This document shows, in pieces, positions 48,792-58,299 of a DNA stretch of 64,000 nucleotides. A program made the position numbers and the translations under genes. The stretch comes from a bacterium (GTDB lineage Bacteria; UBA8248; JACPRG01; G963555815), in NCBI GenBank assembly GCA_965218795.1, contig OZ244653.1:704001-768000 (forward strand), given 5' to 3'. Within the stretch, counting starts at the first letter, position 1, and each line of letters begins with the position of its first letter. Below the pieces are notes generated by a model. It made no database searches. It had not been told where the DNA came from and saw only the letters and a list, made by a program, of their open reading frames with translations.

Positions 48792-49871
48792 TTGGCCCAC
48801 GACCCGATCGACGGCCCCATGCGTGAGGGCGCGAGAAACTGCATTGTGAATTATTCCGGGATCCAGCCGGGAGAAAACGTGCTGGTCTGGATTGACCGGG
48901 ATGAGCCGCCCGAGCCGGGCGTGGCCGAGATGATGATCGAGGCCGCCGAGGAGGCCGGGGCCCATGTGACTCTTCTCGAAGACCGAGCCCCGGAATTCCG
49001 CCTGGGCGAGCGCATGGGCGCATCCACGGAGGCCGCCATACAGGCCAGCCACTGCGTCATCCAGCTCCTTCCTCTCCTGAACGTCGCCTCCATCGACAAC
49101 ATTCACATCCTGCGCTGCCTGTTCGAGCATGAGGTTCGCATCACCGCCTGCATGACGCCCACGCGGGCGCTCCTGGCCTCGGAATGGGCCCGCTACCCGA
49201 TTGAGATTGCGCGGACGATCATGCGCAGGTCGGCGGCCTGTGTGAAGGACGCCGAATTCCATCTGACCGAGGAAACAGGAACCGACTTGAAGGGACGTCT
49301 GAAGGCCTGGCCCGGCGGGACCGGATTTTCGGGAAGCGGAGGCCTTCGCGGCGGCGCGTGGACGTTCTTCCCCTTCGGAAACGTCGCGCTCTACCCGGAG
49401 GCGCCGGTCAACGGACGGATCGTATTCGAGACCTGGGAGGGCACAGCGGGGATTCTGAAAGAGCCCGTCGAGTTGGAGATCCGAGACCAGCGGGTCGTGA
49501 ATTGCTCGGGCGGGGACGAGGCCCGTTGGTTCAACGAGATGATGAAGCGGTATCCGAACGCCGACTTCTGCTGTGAGATCACCTGGGGCATCAGCCCGGT
49601 CGTCAGCATTCAGGAGGGTCTCAAGCAGCGGGCGTGCGACACGCTTCTGTATCGCCACGCCGGTGTGTACCACATCGGTTTCGGGCTGTGGCCCTGCGAA
49701 GGGCTCTGGAGCGATTTCCACTGGGACGGCGGGGGAATCAAGCCGACTCTGGTCCACGGCGGAGAGACGATCATCGATAAGGGGAGACTCTTGATCCTGG
49801 AAGATCCGGAAGTCCGGGAGGCGGCCTCCAGATATGGCGACTCGGATCAACTGCTGGCAGAGGTGCCTTGA
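48792..49871 (+). CDS. M29 aminopeptidase/NicX-like metalloenzyme
   Basis: IQPGENVLV, GTDL, P.GNV...P...VNGRIVF, LKEPVELEI, EITWG, HIGFG...HWD. Confidence 0.65.
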   Translation: MAHDPIDGPMREGARNCIVNYSGIQPGENVLVWIDRDEPPEPGVAEMMIEAAEEAGAHVTLLEDRAPEFRLGERMGASTEAAIQASHCVIQLLPLLNVASIDNIHILRCLFEHEVRITACMTPTRALLASEWARYPIEIARTIMRRSAACVKDAEFHLTEETGTDLKGRLKAWPGGTGFSGSGGLRGGAWTFFPFGNVALYPEAPVNGRIVFETWEGTAGILKEPVELEIRDQRVVNCSGGDEARWFNEMMKRYPNADFCCEITWGISPVVSIQEGLKQRACDTLLYRHAGVYHIGFGLWPCEGLWSDFHWDGGGIKPTLVHGGETIIDKGRLLILEDPEVREAASRYGDSDQLLAEVP

Positions 49872-49873
49872 AC

Positions 49874-50305
49874 ATGGCGGACCCGCTGACGGAATCTGCT
49901 CGCGATTTTTTCGAAGGACTCAACGGGCGCGGCGACATGCGCGGGCTGTTGTCCAGTTTGGATCAGACCATACGGTTTCTCGTGGAGGACGGTGAATCTT
50001 TTCATCTCGGAGCGTCCGGGGGCACGCTTCGCGTCTCCGAGGGCGCCGGCGGCCCGGAGGTCAAAGACCATCCGGATGTCACCCACTTCCGGACGAACCG
50101 GGAGACCCTCAGGCGGTTGTGGGCGGGAGAGATTCGGTACTCGGACGCCGTGATCCCGTCCGGCCCGGACATGGGCTATCTGAGACTGGTGGAAAAGTGG
50201 ATGTTCAAGAAGGGGGTCATCAACTGGCTCGGTCAGGTTATCCGTATGGGCCAGATGGGCCCGTCCTGGCCGGGCTCTCGGCCGACCGAGGGATGGAAGG
50301 AATAG
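49874..50305 (+). CDS. Small SCP2-like hypothetical protein
   Basis: IRFLVEDGESFHL...LRV...TNRETLRRLWAGEI pattern; adjoins the upstream stop. Confidence 0.55.
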   Translation: MADPLTESARDFFEGLNGRGDMRGLLSSLDQTIRFLVEDGESFHLGASGGTLRVSEGAGGPEVKDHPDVTHFRTNRETLRRLWAGEIRYSDAVIPSGPDMGYLRLVEKWMFKKGVINWLGQVIRMGQMGPSWPGSRPTEGWKE

Positions 50306-50447
50306 CGACGTCCAGCGCGCAGGGCTCATTCCAAGTCCACCCTGCGAATTTGTCATGACAGCCGCCCCGGCTACCATAAGTCGAATCCCCGGCGCGAGTT
50401 GCTCGGTCGATCTGAAAATCAGGCGTATTCATCAATCGTATCAACCC

Positions 50448-50545
50448 TGTCATGCCGAACAGCGTGAGGAATCCCCCCGAACTCAATCGGCGATAAATTT
50501 GGCGGGCCTGAAGATTTGGATCCACCGGACCGGCATTCTTCGCTT
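50448..50545. repeat. Degenerate third-family palindromic repeat (TGTCATnCnGAnC...GAATC type)
   Basis: tgtcatgccgaacagcgtgaggaatccc ... attcttcgctt. Confidence 0.35.
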
Positions 50546-50571
50546 GGGGACATTATCCAGAGCGCATACGG

Positions 50572-50830
50572 TCATTTCAAAGCTCTTACGTCTGTTAGCT
50601 GCGTCTGATGCTGCAAAAGCTCCCGAGCCCCCGCCGGAAAATTGATCTTCACCGTAATCGTTCCCTCGTTCATCAGCCAGGGCCGGATGGTGAACGTGCG
50701 CGCCCCGCTTGAATGCATGGGATCCGATTCGGCAATCTCCCTGGCCTCCGCCAAAGAGCCCGCGCGAATGAGCACCATGCCGTCCCCCAGCCAGATCTCT
50801 TCATCGTCCTCGATCGGGTCTCGATAGATT
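50572..50830 (-). pseudogene. YciI-family protein, 5'-truncated
   Basis: GDGMVLIRAGSLAEAREIAESDPMHSSGARTFTIRPW. The N-terminus is replaced by the divergent neighbour. Confidence 0.75.
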
Positions 50831-50834
50831 ATCA

Positions 50835-52031
50835 ATGGGAGTCTTGCGGTTGAAGGCCGAAGAGTTGATTCAGCGCGCGAGGGATCTTGCCCCCAAGTTG
50901 CTCGAAAACGCGCGGGACACCGAAACCCAACGTCGTATTTCCGACGAGGCGATGAAGGATTTGCAGGCCGCGGGTCTGTTCGGGGTGGTCCAGCAGGAGC
51001 GGTATGGAGGCTTGGAACTGGGCCTCGACGCGTTCGTCCGGGTCGTGCAGGAAATCGCACGGGCCTGCGGGTCCACCGGCTGGGTCTACAGCGTGGTCGC
51101 TATGCACCAGTGGTTGGTGGGTCTGTTTCCGCCGCAGGCTCAGGAGGACGTCTGGGGGGAGGACATCCACGCCCTGGCTTCTTCCTCCTTCCCGCCCATG
51201 GGAACCGTGGCCCCCTCCGACGGCGGATTTCGGTTGACGGGCAAGTGGATCTTCGCCAGCGGGTGCGACAATACCTCGTGGTCGATTATCGGAGGTCGCG
51301 CCCCCTTGAACGGCCGGGAGGATCCTCTCAAGCAGTGCTTCTTCCTGGTTCCCCGGTCGGATTATGAGATTGATGACTACTGGCACGTGGTCGGGCTGGC
51401 GGGCACGGGCAGCAAGAACCTCGTTTTGGAGGATGTCTTCGTGCCCGCGCATCGAATGCTGGTGATCGAGGAGGCGGGGGCCGGGCGCGCCCCCGGCGCT
51501 CAGATCAATCAGGGGCCGCTCTTTCGGGTTCCGTTCTTTACCGGGATCACCACGAGCATCTGCTCCCCGGTCCTCGGGATGGCTCAGGGGGCCTTGGACC
51601 ACAGTCTCCGGATGATGGATACCCGGGCCACGAAAGGGGCGTTCACCCCCGGGGTGGGAAAGGTCGCCGAGTACCAGACCATCCAGCTTCGGGTGGCCGA
51701 GGCGGCGGCTTCCGTGGACGCGGCCTGCCTGCTCTTGATGCGGTTGGCCGAAGACACGATGGCCGCAGCGGAATCACCCGAGGGTCCGAGCCAGGAGCTC
51801 CGCGTCCGGAACCGGAGGGATCAGGCGTTCGCCGTACGGCTTCTCGTGCAGGGCGTGGACCGGCTCTTCGAGTCCACGGGCGCCAACGGTTTGTTCCTGG
51901 CGGACGACGTTCAGCGGTCTTGGCGTGACGTGCGGTCGGCGGCTCAGCACATCACCAACAATTGGGACGCGGCCGGAACCTTGTACGGCCGGTTCGTGTT
52001 GGGACTGGATACCGGCGGGACCCCCTATTGA
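50835..52031 (+). CDS. Flavin-dependent monooxygenase oxygenase subunit (acyl-CoA dehydrogenase fold, HsaA/C2-HpaH-like)
   Basis: GKWIFASGC, WHVVGLAGTGS, VFVPAHR, QRSWRDV...H. Confidence 0.88.
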   Translation: MGVLRLKAEELIQRARDLAPKLLENARDTETQRRISDEAMKDLQAAGLFGVVQQERYGGLELGLDAFVRVVQEIARACGSTGWVYSVVAMHQWLVGLFPPQAQEDVWGEDIHALASSSFPPMGTVAPSDGGFRLTGKWIFASGCDNTSWSIIGGRAPLNGREDPLKQCFFLVPRSDYEIDDYWHVVGLAGTGSKNLVLEDVFVPAHRMLVIEEAGAGRAPGAQINQGPLFRVPFFTGITTSICSPVLGMAQGALDHSLRMMDTRATKGAFTPGVGKVAEYQTIQLRVAEAAASVDAACLLLMRLAEDTMAAAESPEGPSQELRVRNRRDQAFAVRLLVQGVDRLFESTGANGLFLADDVQRSWRDVRSAAQHITNNWDAAGTLYGRFVLGLDTGGTPY

Positions 52032-52091
52032 GCCGTCCGCCACACTTCCTTCCCGGCGTGGTCCCGACGGCAATCCCGTTTCGACGAGCCT

Positions 52092-53321
52092 CTAGGCACC
52101 GGCCACCCTGATTCTTTGTGCGAAATAAATGAGCGCATTGGCTGGGACAATGTAAACGATACACGCCGCGGCGATAAACTCCATCGTCACCCCCCGATCG
52201 ATCAGCCAGCCCATCATGACCGGAGCCAGCGCGGTCGAGATGACCATGAGCGTCGCCACGAGCGCCCGAATGGCGCCCAAATGCGTTACGCCGTACAACT
52301 CGGCCCACATGGCCGCAAACAGGGCGTAATTGCCGCCCGTTGTCAAACCGGAAGCCAACATGAAGAGGAGGGCGACGACCGGATGGTCATTGACCGAAAG
52401 GAGGAGCAGAGCCAATCCCAAGGGCGGCAGGACGCAGGGAAGCAGCCGCCAGGCGGTCCTGCGGTCGATCAGCGGCCCGGACAGAAGGGATGCGATGACG
52501 GTCGTCAGGGAATAGGCGATAAAGGTAGCAGCGAACCAAGTCATGTCCCAGCCCTTGCTTTCGACCAAATGAACCTGGTGAAAGAAAAACCCTGTCATGA
52601 TGTAACCGGGCGCCATGACGGCCGGAAGGATCAGATAGAACCGGGGATCCTGGAGAACCATGGACCGGGTCCATTGACGGTCGGACGATTCCAGACCGGG
52701 GTTGGGCTGAAGTGAATCCCGTGCCAGGTTCCGGTGCCGTTCCCCGTGGCCTTTCAACAGCCAAAGGACGACGGGGATGAGAATGAGGACGAGAGCGCCG
52801 GCGATGAGCCCCCAACCCTGCCGCCATCCGAACGCCCGGCTCAGCGTCACTCCGATCAGCGGAAAAGCCGCGGCCCCGAGCGGGTAGCCGAGGGCCGCGA
52901 TGCTCACGGCCTTTCCACGCTGAAGGCCGAAGTACCGGCCCATGCTCGTCATGCCGGTGTGCGACATCAGACCCTGGCCGGCGAGCCGCACGGCGAACAG
53001 GGCGAAGTAAAGGAGCGCGAGCGTGGGTACGAGGGCCATCAAGAAACAGGAGAAGATCAGAAAAAAGCAGGTCAGGAGCGTGAAAAGACGCAGCTCCATT
53101 TGGTCGATCAACCGGCCGAGCCAGAACATGGACATCCCGCTGACCAGCGTCGCGACGGCGTAAATGGACCCGAACTCCCCATGACTCAGCCCGAACTCGC
53201 TGCGAATGTCCGCATTGAATACCGCAATGAAGTAGGTCTGCCCGAATCCCGAAAACCAGGTCATGAGCAGGCCGAAGAAAAGGAAGCGTCGATGTTCCTT
53301 CAGAAAGGCAATGTATTCCAT
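52092..53321 (-). CDS. MFS transporter
   Basis: About 12 hydrophobic segments, GFGQTYFI, GRLID. GGAGG precedes ATG at 53321. Confidence 0.9.
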   Translation of the reverse strand: MEYIAFLKEHRRFLFFGLLMTWFSGFGQTYFIAVFNADIRSEFGLSHGEFGSIYAVATLVSGMSMFWLGRLIDQMELRLFTLLTCFFLIFSCFLMALVPTLALLYFALFAVRLAGQGLMSHTGMTSMGRYFGLQRGKAVSIAALGYPLGAAAFPLIGVTLSRAFGWRQGWGLIAGALVLILIPVVLWLLKGHGERHRNLARDSLQPNPGLESSDRQWTRSMVLQDPRFYLILPAVMAPGYIMTGFFFHQVHLVESKGWDMTWFAATFIAYSLTTVIASLLSGPLIDRRTAWRLLPCVLPPLGLALLLLSVNDHPVVALLFMLASGLTTGGNYALFAAMWAELYGVTHLGAIRALVATLMVISTALAPVMMGWLIDRGVTMEFIAAACIVYIVPANALIYFAQRIRVAGA

Positions 53322-53374
53322 TGCGGCGTTCCGCCTCCTTTTGGGGAGCCGAAGAAAGGATGCTCGGCGGTCGC

Positions 53375-54271
53375 CTACTGTCTCGACATGGTGACCAGCG
53401 CCGCGCCGGCGCAAATCAGGATGGCGCCGATGATCAGGGGCGCGTTCAGCCGCTCGGACTTCCGGAAGAAGATCCACGAGAAAAAAACGGCGAACAGCGG
53501 CGCGGAATAGACCAGAGGCGCCACGGTGGACAGGGGTCCAATCTGCAAGGCGGCGAAGAAGGCCAAGTGCCCCGAACTGGAAATGACGCCACTGGCGATG
53601 AGGAACTTGGCGTCGTACGAACCGATTCGAATCCGGTCATTCTCGGGCAGAAAGAAGTTCCAGACCACCGCGACCAACAACGCCCCCAGGGCGGCAATCG
53701 AGAGGCCCACGCTCAGGCTGGGTACCATCATGACGCCGATTTTCCGAAGAACGGCCGTCAGGGCGAACATGAAAACCGCAAGTCCCGCAAAAATGAATGA
53801 GTGCCATACCGATCTCCCGGAGGCTTGTCCCATTCCGCCCTTTTGGCGTTCCTGCGCCAGCAATATGACGCCCAGGACGATGAACAACGTTCCGATGAAC
53901 ACGAGGTAGGTCGGGCTCTCGCCGAAAAACACGATAGCGAAGATCACGGTCAGCAGGGGGGCGCATGAAATGATCGTGACCGACCGGGAAAGGCCGATTC
54001 TCCGAAAGCTCATATAGAGCAGGGTGCCCGCCAGACCGGGCGAGGCAATTCCGGCCGCGAGGAAGATCAGGAAGGCATACCATCCGATCTCCGACACCGG
54101 AAAGGTAGCGAGCGCGACCGGGCCGTAAATCAGCAGCGTCACGACGGACAAGGCGAGGATGCCCGTGATCGGCGTCGACGTGCGAAGGGCGAAATGGACC
54201 GCCGTGTCGCCGGCGGCGAAGGCAAACCCCGTCAGGAGAGCCAGCAGATTAGCCAGGATGAGCGGATTCAT
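53375..54271 (-). CDS. EamA/DMT-family transporter
   Basis: Two EamA repeats, about 10 TM segments. Confidence 0.9.
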   Translation of the reverse strand: MNPLILANLLALLTGFAFAAGDTAVHFALRTSTPITGILALSVVTLLIYGPVALATFPVSEIGWYAFLIFLAAGIASPGLAGTLLYMSFRRIGLSRSVTIISCAPLLTVIFAIVFFGESPTYLVFIGTLFIVLGVILLAQERQKGGMGQASGRSVWHSFIFAGLAVFMFALTAVLRKIGVMMVPSLSVGLSIAALGALLVAVVWNFFLPENDRIRIGSYDAKFLIASGVISSSGHLAFFAALQIGPLSTVAPLVYSAPLFAVFFSWIFFRKSERLNAPLIIGAILICAGAALVTMSRQ

Positions 54272-55003
54272 GTCCCTCTCGATTTCCCCCGGAAAACTGA
54301 ATCAGCCGTACCCAAGCCGGTTCTCACATTGGTCTCTCTGAAAGACGAGGCCGGAATGGTCTCGCGGCAACGACATCCCTTTTGTCCCGTCAAGTTCATC
54401 CCCGTCATGACCGATGAGAGAAATGAGTGACCGAGGATGAGATCAGCTCTCGATGCTCCCCAGGGGTGAGGCAGGTTGCCCGAAATCCGTGCCCTCTGAA
54501 CGAAGAAGATCCCGGAAGGGGAGAAAGATCGCAATTCTACTCCTGAAAAGACGAATTCGTCAGCCTTCGTTCCACTCGGATGGGAGGAGATATGAATTCC
54601 AAAGGAATCATTCAGACGATTTTTGTGACGGTGGTCCCGCTGGTGAGCGGATTGAGCGCTGCCGTCGCACAAGAACGGCTGATTTCGGGAATTCATGGGA
54701 ACGGGAAAAAGCGGTCCCCGCGGGGATCAGAGCATCCGGAACCGAAGCGCCCGGAAAGATGTCCAGGGGACGGAAAAAGGAGGAATTGGATACCGGCCAA
54801 TGGGCGGAGGTCATCCAGGCGGCGGAACGTCTACTTGGGATCTCCTCGCGCAGGGTCCTCGCCTCAAAGCCTTCGCAGGATCGAAGAACGGGCCCAAAGG
54901 TTGGTGTCGGCTGAGGCTTTTCACAGTCCACTTTTTCCCAGCACAGCTGCTGTCCAAAGAACTCCCACGCCATAACCATCCCGTCCTGCGGGCCCGCAAT
55001 TCA

Positions 55004-56392
55004 TCATTCATCCGTTAGAAGGAACGATACCCCATCCGATAGCCGCGTCATTCGGCCGAGGAACAGGCTCCCCTTCGCCAGGAAGAAGGCGCGGCCGAGA
55101 CCATCATCCCTGAAACCGCGCAGTGCGTGAGGCAGCGCCGGAACCGCAGAGGCGATGTGGCCCTGGGAAGGCGCAAAGCCGGGGAGTCCATGCTTCTCCG
55201 CAAAGCGGGGAATCTCCGTCCGGTCGATTTCACCACGAAGGGCCGCCAGGGCCGCGATGTATTGATAATTCGTCCGAGGTACGTCTCCCGCTCCCGCCGG
55301 GACGGTGATCTCGGGGTTATGCAACTCTGTCGCAAACAGAGGGACTTCGGACAGCTTCAACCCAAGTCGGTCGAGTGGCTCCGCCACCAGGGATTCCAGA
55401 ATGGCCTGCTGGGTATGGCCGGCTCCGATCCGGTGAAGGCCCACATGGTCCAGCCGGATTTGCGGTCCCTCGCCATCGGCTGTCACCATGACGGAAAAGC
55501 CCGCCAGAACGTCCTCGAGGACCGGCATGTCTTTCTCGAGATGCGCGGCGGCCTTCATCCCCAGCTTGGGAAGCGAGCCGCCCCCGACGACCGCTACCCT
55601 GTCGAAAACTCCAGCGGCCACGAGACTCCCTGCCAGGACCATCGCGTTCAGCGGTCCGGCGCAGAAGTTCTTGACGTCCGTTCCGCTGGCGTATTGTAGT
55701 CCGGCCATTTCTCCAACGGCCTTGGCGAGGTTGCCGCCGCCCCGTTGGTACCGGTCACCGACCGCTTCTTCGGAGCAGCCGATCAGGAAATCCGGCGGGG
55801 GCGCATCGGAAAGGCCCGTTTGCCCGAGCAGTTGTTTCAGGGCCAGATAGGCCGTGGTCTTTGCCGCCAGGTTTTCCAGCAAGACGGACGCCGCGAGCGA
55901 TTCATCTTCTTCGTGATCTCCGCGAAAACTCCCCACGGCCTCGTCATTGTGGAACAGGGGAAGGGCGGCCGCCCGGTTCCCCCCGGATGCGGCACAGACG
56001 GGCGGGTCGCCGAGCTCTTCCACTTCCTGGGCGCGCGCAAATTCTCCGGAGAGTTGGACGAGACCGTACGCATCGGCCCGCTTCAGGAGAACGAGAAACT
56101 CCTCCTCCGAGGTGATCCTTCCGAACGGACCGGACGGTGCGGCATCGGGAGATGGGTTCTCATACCAGGGAAAGGGCGTTTCCCGGAGAGCCTGTGGGGC
56201 GAGATTTCCGATGAACACTTGATGGGGCGGGTAGGCGACGGCTTCATCGAAGCTCCTCAGCCGGGATTCAAGGGATGCAAGGAAGGCTCCATCCTGCCGG
56301 ATGACCCGACTCGGTTTCGACCCGTACCGGACGAATGAGGGAACGTGGGCGAGGACACATGCGGAGGCGGTGACGGCGGCCTTGCGGGTCAT
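55004..56392 (-). CDS. grdC: Glycine/sarcosine/betaine reductase component C beta subunit-like
   Basis: RYGSKP, YPPHQVFIGN, LENLAAK, CSEEAVGDRYQRGGGNLAKA, FCAGP, ELHNPEIT.PAG.GDVP, GFAPSQGHIAS, KGSLFLGRMT. Confidence 0.88.
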   Translation of the reverse strand: MTRKAAVTASACVLAHVPSFVRYGSKPSRVIRQDGAFLASLESRLRSFDEAVAYPPHQVFIGNLAPQALRETPFPWYENPSPDAAPSGPFGRITSEEEFLVLLKRADAYGLVQLSGEFARAQEVEELGDPPVCAASGGNRAAALPLFHNDEAVGSFRGDHEEDESLAASVLLENLAAKTTAYLALKQLLGQTGLSDAPPPDFLIGCSEEAVGDRYQRGGGNLAKAVGEMAGLQYASGTDVKNFCAGPLNAMVLAGSLVAAGVFDRVAVVGGGSLPKLGMKAAAHLEKDMPVLEDVLAGFSVMVTADGEGPQIRLDHVGLHRIGAGHTQQAILESLVAEPLDRLGLKLSEVPLFATELHNPEITVPAGAGDVPRTNYQYIAALAALRGEIDRTEIPRFAEKHGLPGFAPSQGHIASAVPALPHALRGFRDDGLGRAFFLAKGSLFLGRMTRLSDGVSFLLTDE

Positions 56393-56401
56393 GGAAAGGT
56401 C

Positions 56402-56866
56402 TTATTCCGGTGGAGAAATCGTGCGGAATTGATCCAGGGCCTCTCCGATTGCGGGCAAATCGGCCACCATCGACACCAGGCCGAGTTTCTCTTCGTACAG
56501 GTCCGCGGGGATTTGAGCGCGGAGGCCCGGCTCCAGAATGTGGAACACGGGCAGTCCCAACGAGACGCCCGCCAGTGGACCGGCATAGCTGGGGTCGCCT
56601 GAGACCACCGTTTCGGCCGCGAGAGCCAGAAAATCCACGTCCGTCGCGCCGAGCAGCACGATGAGGTCTTCGCGTCCGTGCTCATCGACTACGGTCTGAA
56701 TATCAGCCTGTCGCTCCATGTCCATGGCGCCGGCCGACGTTCAGACGAAGCACTCCGTCAATTGAAGGACGATGTCGGCTCCGGCGGCTTTCGCGCATTC
56801 GGCGATGGTTTCGCCATGGATGCCGTCCCGTTCCCCCAGTGCGATGACCTTTTTCCCATTGATCAT
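56402..56866 (-). CDS. grdA: Glycine/sarcosine/betaine reductase selenoprotein A (Sec UGA at 56741-56743)
   Basis: MINGKKVIALGERDGI...TECFV-U-TSAGAMD...AETVVSGDPSYAGPLAGVSLGL. Confidence 0.92.
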
Positions 56867-56971
56867 TCCATCTCCTCCCGATGAGTGAAACAAGCCACAT
56901 CCTAGGAGCGACGTTTTCCGCCGTCAAGGTGAATGGATCCCGGGGGGAAGCCGGATCCAGGGTCGCGGGGT

Positions 56972-58276
56972 TCAAAACTCGGATTGTTCTTCGATTGGCG
57001 TGGCGAGGGCCTCCAGGGCCCGCTCGACGAGTTCTCGGCGGAGGCCCGCTTCCTGATCCGGCTTCAATTGAGGATCTCCGACCACGTGGGGAACCCCCGC
57101 TCCCGGGACGATCCGGTTCGCGCCGACGTTCCGGGCAACGGAGATCAGCGTCGTGATCACAACCGCCGGAATTCCCGCCCGGTCCATTTCTTTGGCGACC
57201 GCTGACCCGCAGCGGGTGCAGGTCCCTCATGCGGAGGTGATGAGGGCGGCATCGACCTCGCGGTTCCGCAAGTCCAGGGCAATCTCCCGCCCCATTTCGG
57301 CAGCGGATTCATAATAGGTGCTGCACCCGGAGAAGGTATAAAACTCCTCGAGAATCCCGGCTATCCGGCCTTCTCGCTCCAGTGCCCGGAGGATGTCCAG
57401 GGGGACCAGCCGGTTCGGGTCCTGATTCACTTCCTGCGTCGAGTAACCGCCGTGGTGGGCTTCGTAAGCCTTCGCGTCCAATCTCTCGATTCCACCCAGG
57501 GAATACCGGGCGTAGGTCGACGCTTTGGTCGACGGGAGTCCGTCGGGATTGCCTTTGGGGACGAGGCCGCCGGTCGTCATGACGGCAATCCGGGCCTTTG
57601 CGAGATCTTTGACGGGGGGCGCCGGAGGGACGCGATCGAACTTCGGAAGCACGAGCTCCGTGTCGTACGGACGGCCTTGGATCTTTGCCAACAGCACGTC
57701 CAGGGCCCGCTGGGCGCCAACCCGCTCGGTCCGGACGTTTTTTCGGAGCCCTCGGGGGAAAAATTCCGCTGGTTCGCCGCGCCTGGGAAACCCGCCGCGA
57801 ACCAGCTTGAGCCCAACACGGGAGATGCCCCCAAGCGCGACGTTCATTCCCCGGGCGCTTTCGGACGTAGGGACGATATAAACGTCCTTCCGATAGGCGA
57901 GACCCGGGTTCTCCTCCGCCATTCCCGAGACCGCGGGGATGCCCAGGGTTCGGCCGACTTCCCGGCCGATGTGGCCGCAGGCTTCACCGTAGCGTCCGGC
58001 GTTGAATGCCGGTCCGGCTATGAAAAGGTCCGGCCGGCCGGGCTGAATGAGTTTCATCAGCTCTTGAGCCGCAGCATCGGGGTCGCCGGCGTACCGGTCG
58101 TCTCCACAGGCCACAGTCAGGACGATGTCCGCCTCCTCCCCCAGCGCGTCTTGCAGGAGACGGCCCGGTCCGGCGGGGCCGGGGATGGATACGGGTTCGA
58201 GGGAGGCATGATCCTCGCCTCCGAATCCCGCAAAAAACTGGTTCAGGTAATGGACGACGCGGTATCGTCTGGACAA
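56972..58276 (-). CDS. grdB: Glycine/sarcosine/betaine reductase selenoprotein B-family subunit (Sec UGA at 57227-57229)
   Basis: VHYLNQFFAG.GGE, GPAFNAGRYG, GGLVPKGNPD, HGGY, DPNR, then ITSA-U-GTCTRCG in frame with 56972-57187. Confidence 0.92.
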
Positions 58277-58299
58277 GCCGGGCTCTCCCTTGAGCGCGT

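Noticed and set aside
54453-55003. Possible grdD or secreted protein downstream of grdC
   Set aside because: No PlsX/GrdD-like motif in the listed frames. There is only an RBS and a signal-peptide-like start at about 54592 on the plus strand, followed by unconvincing sequence.
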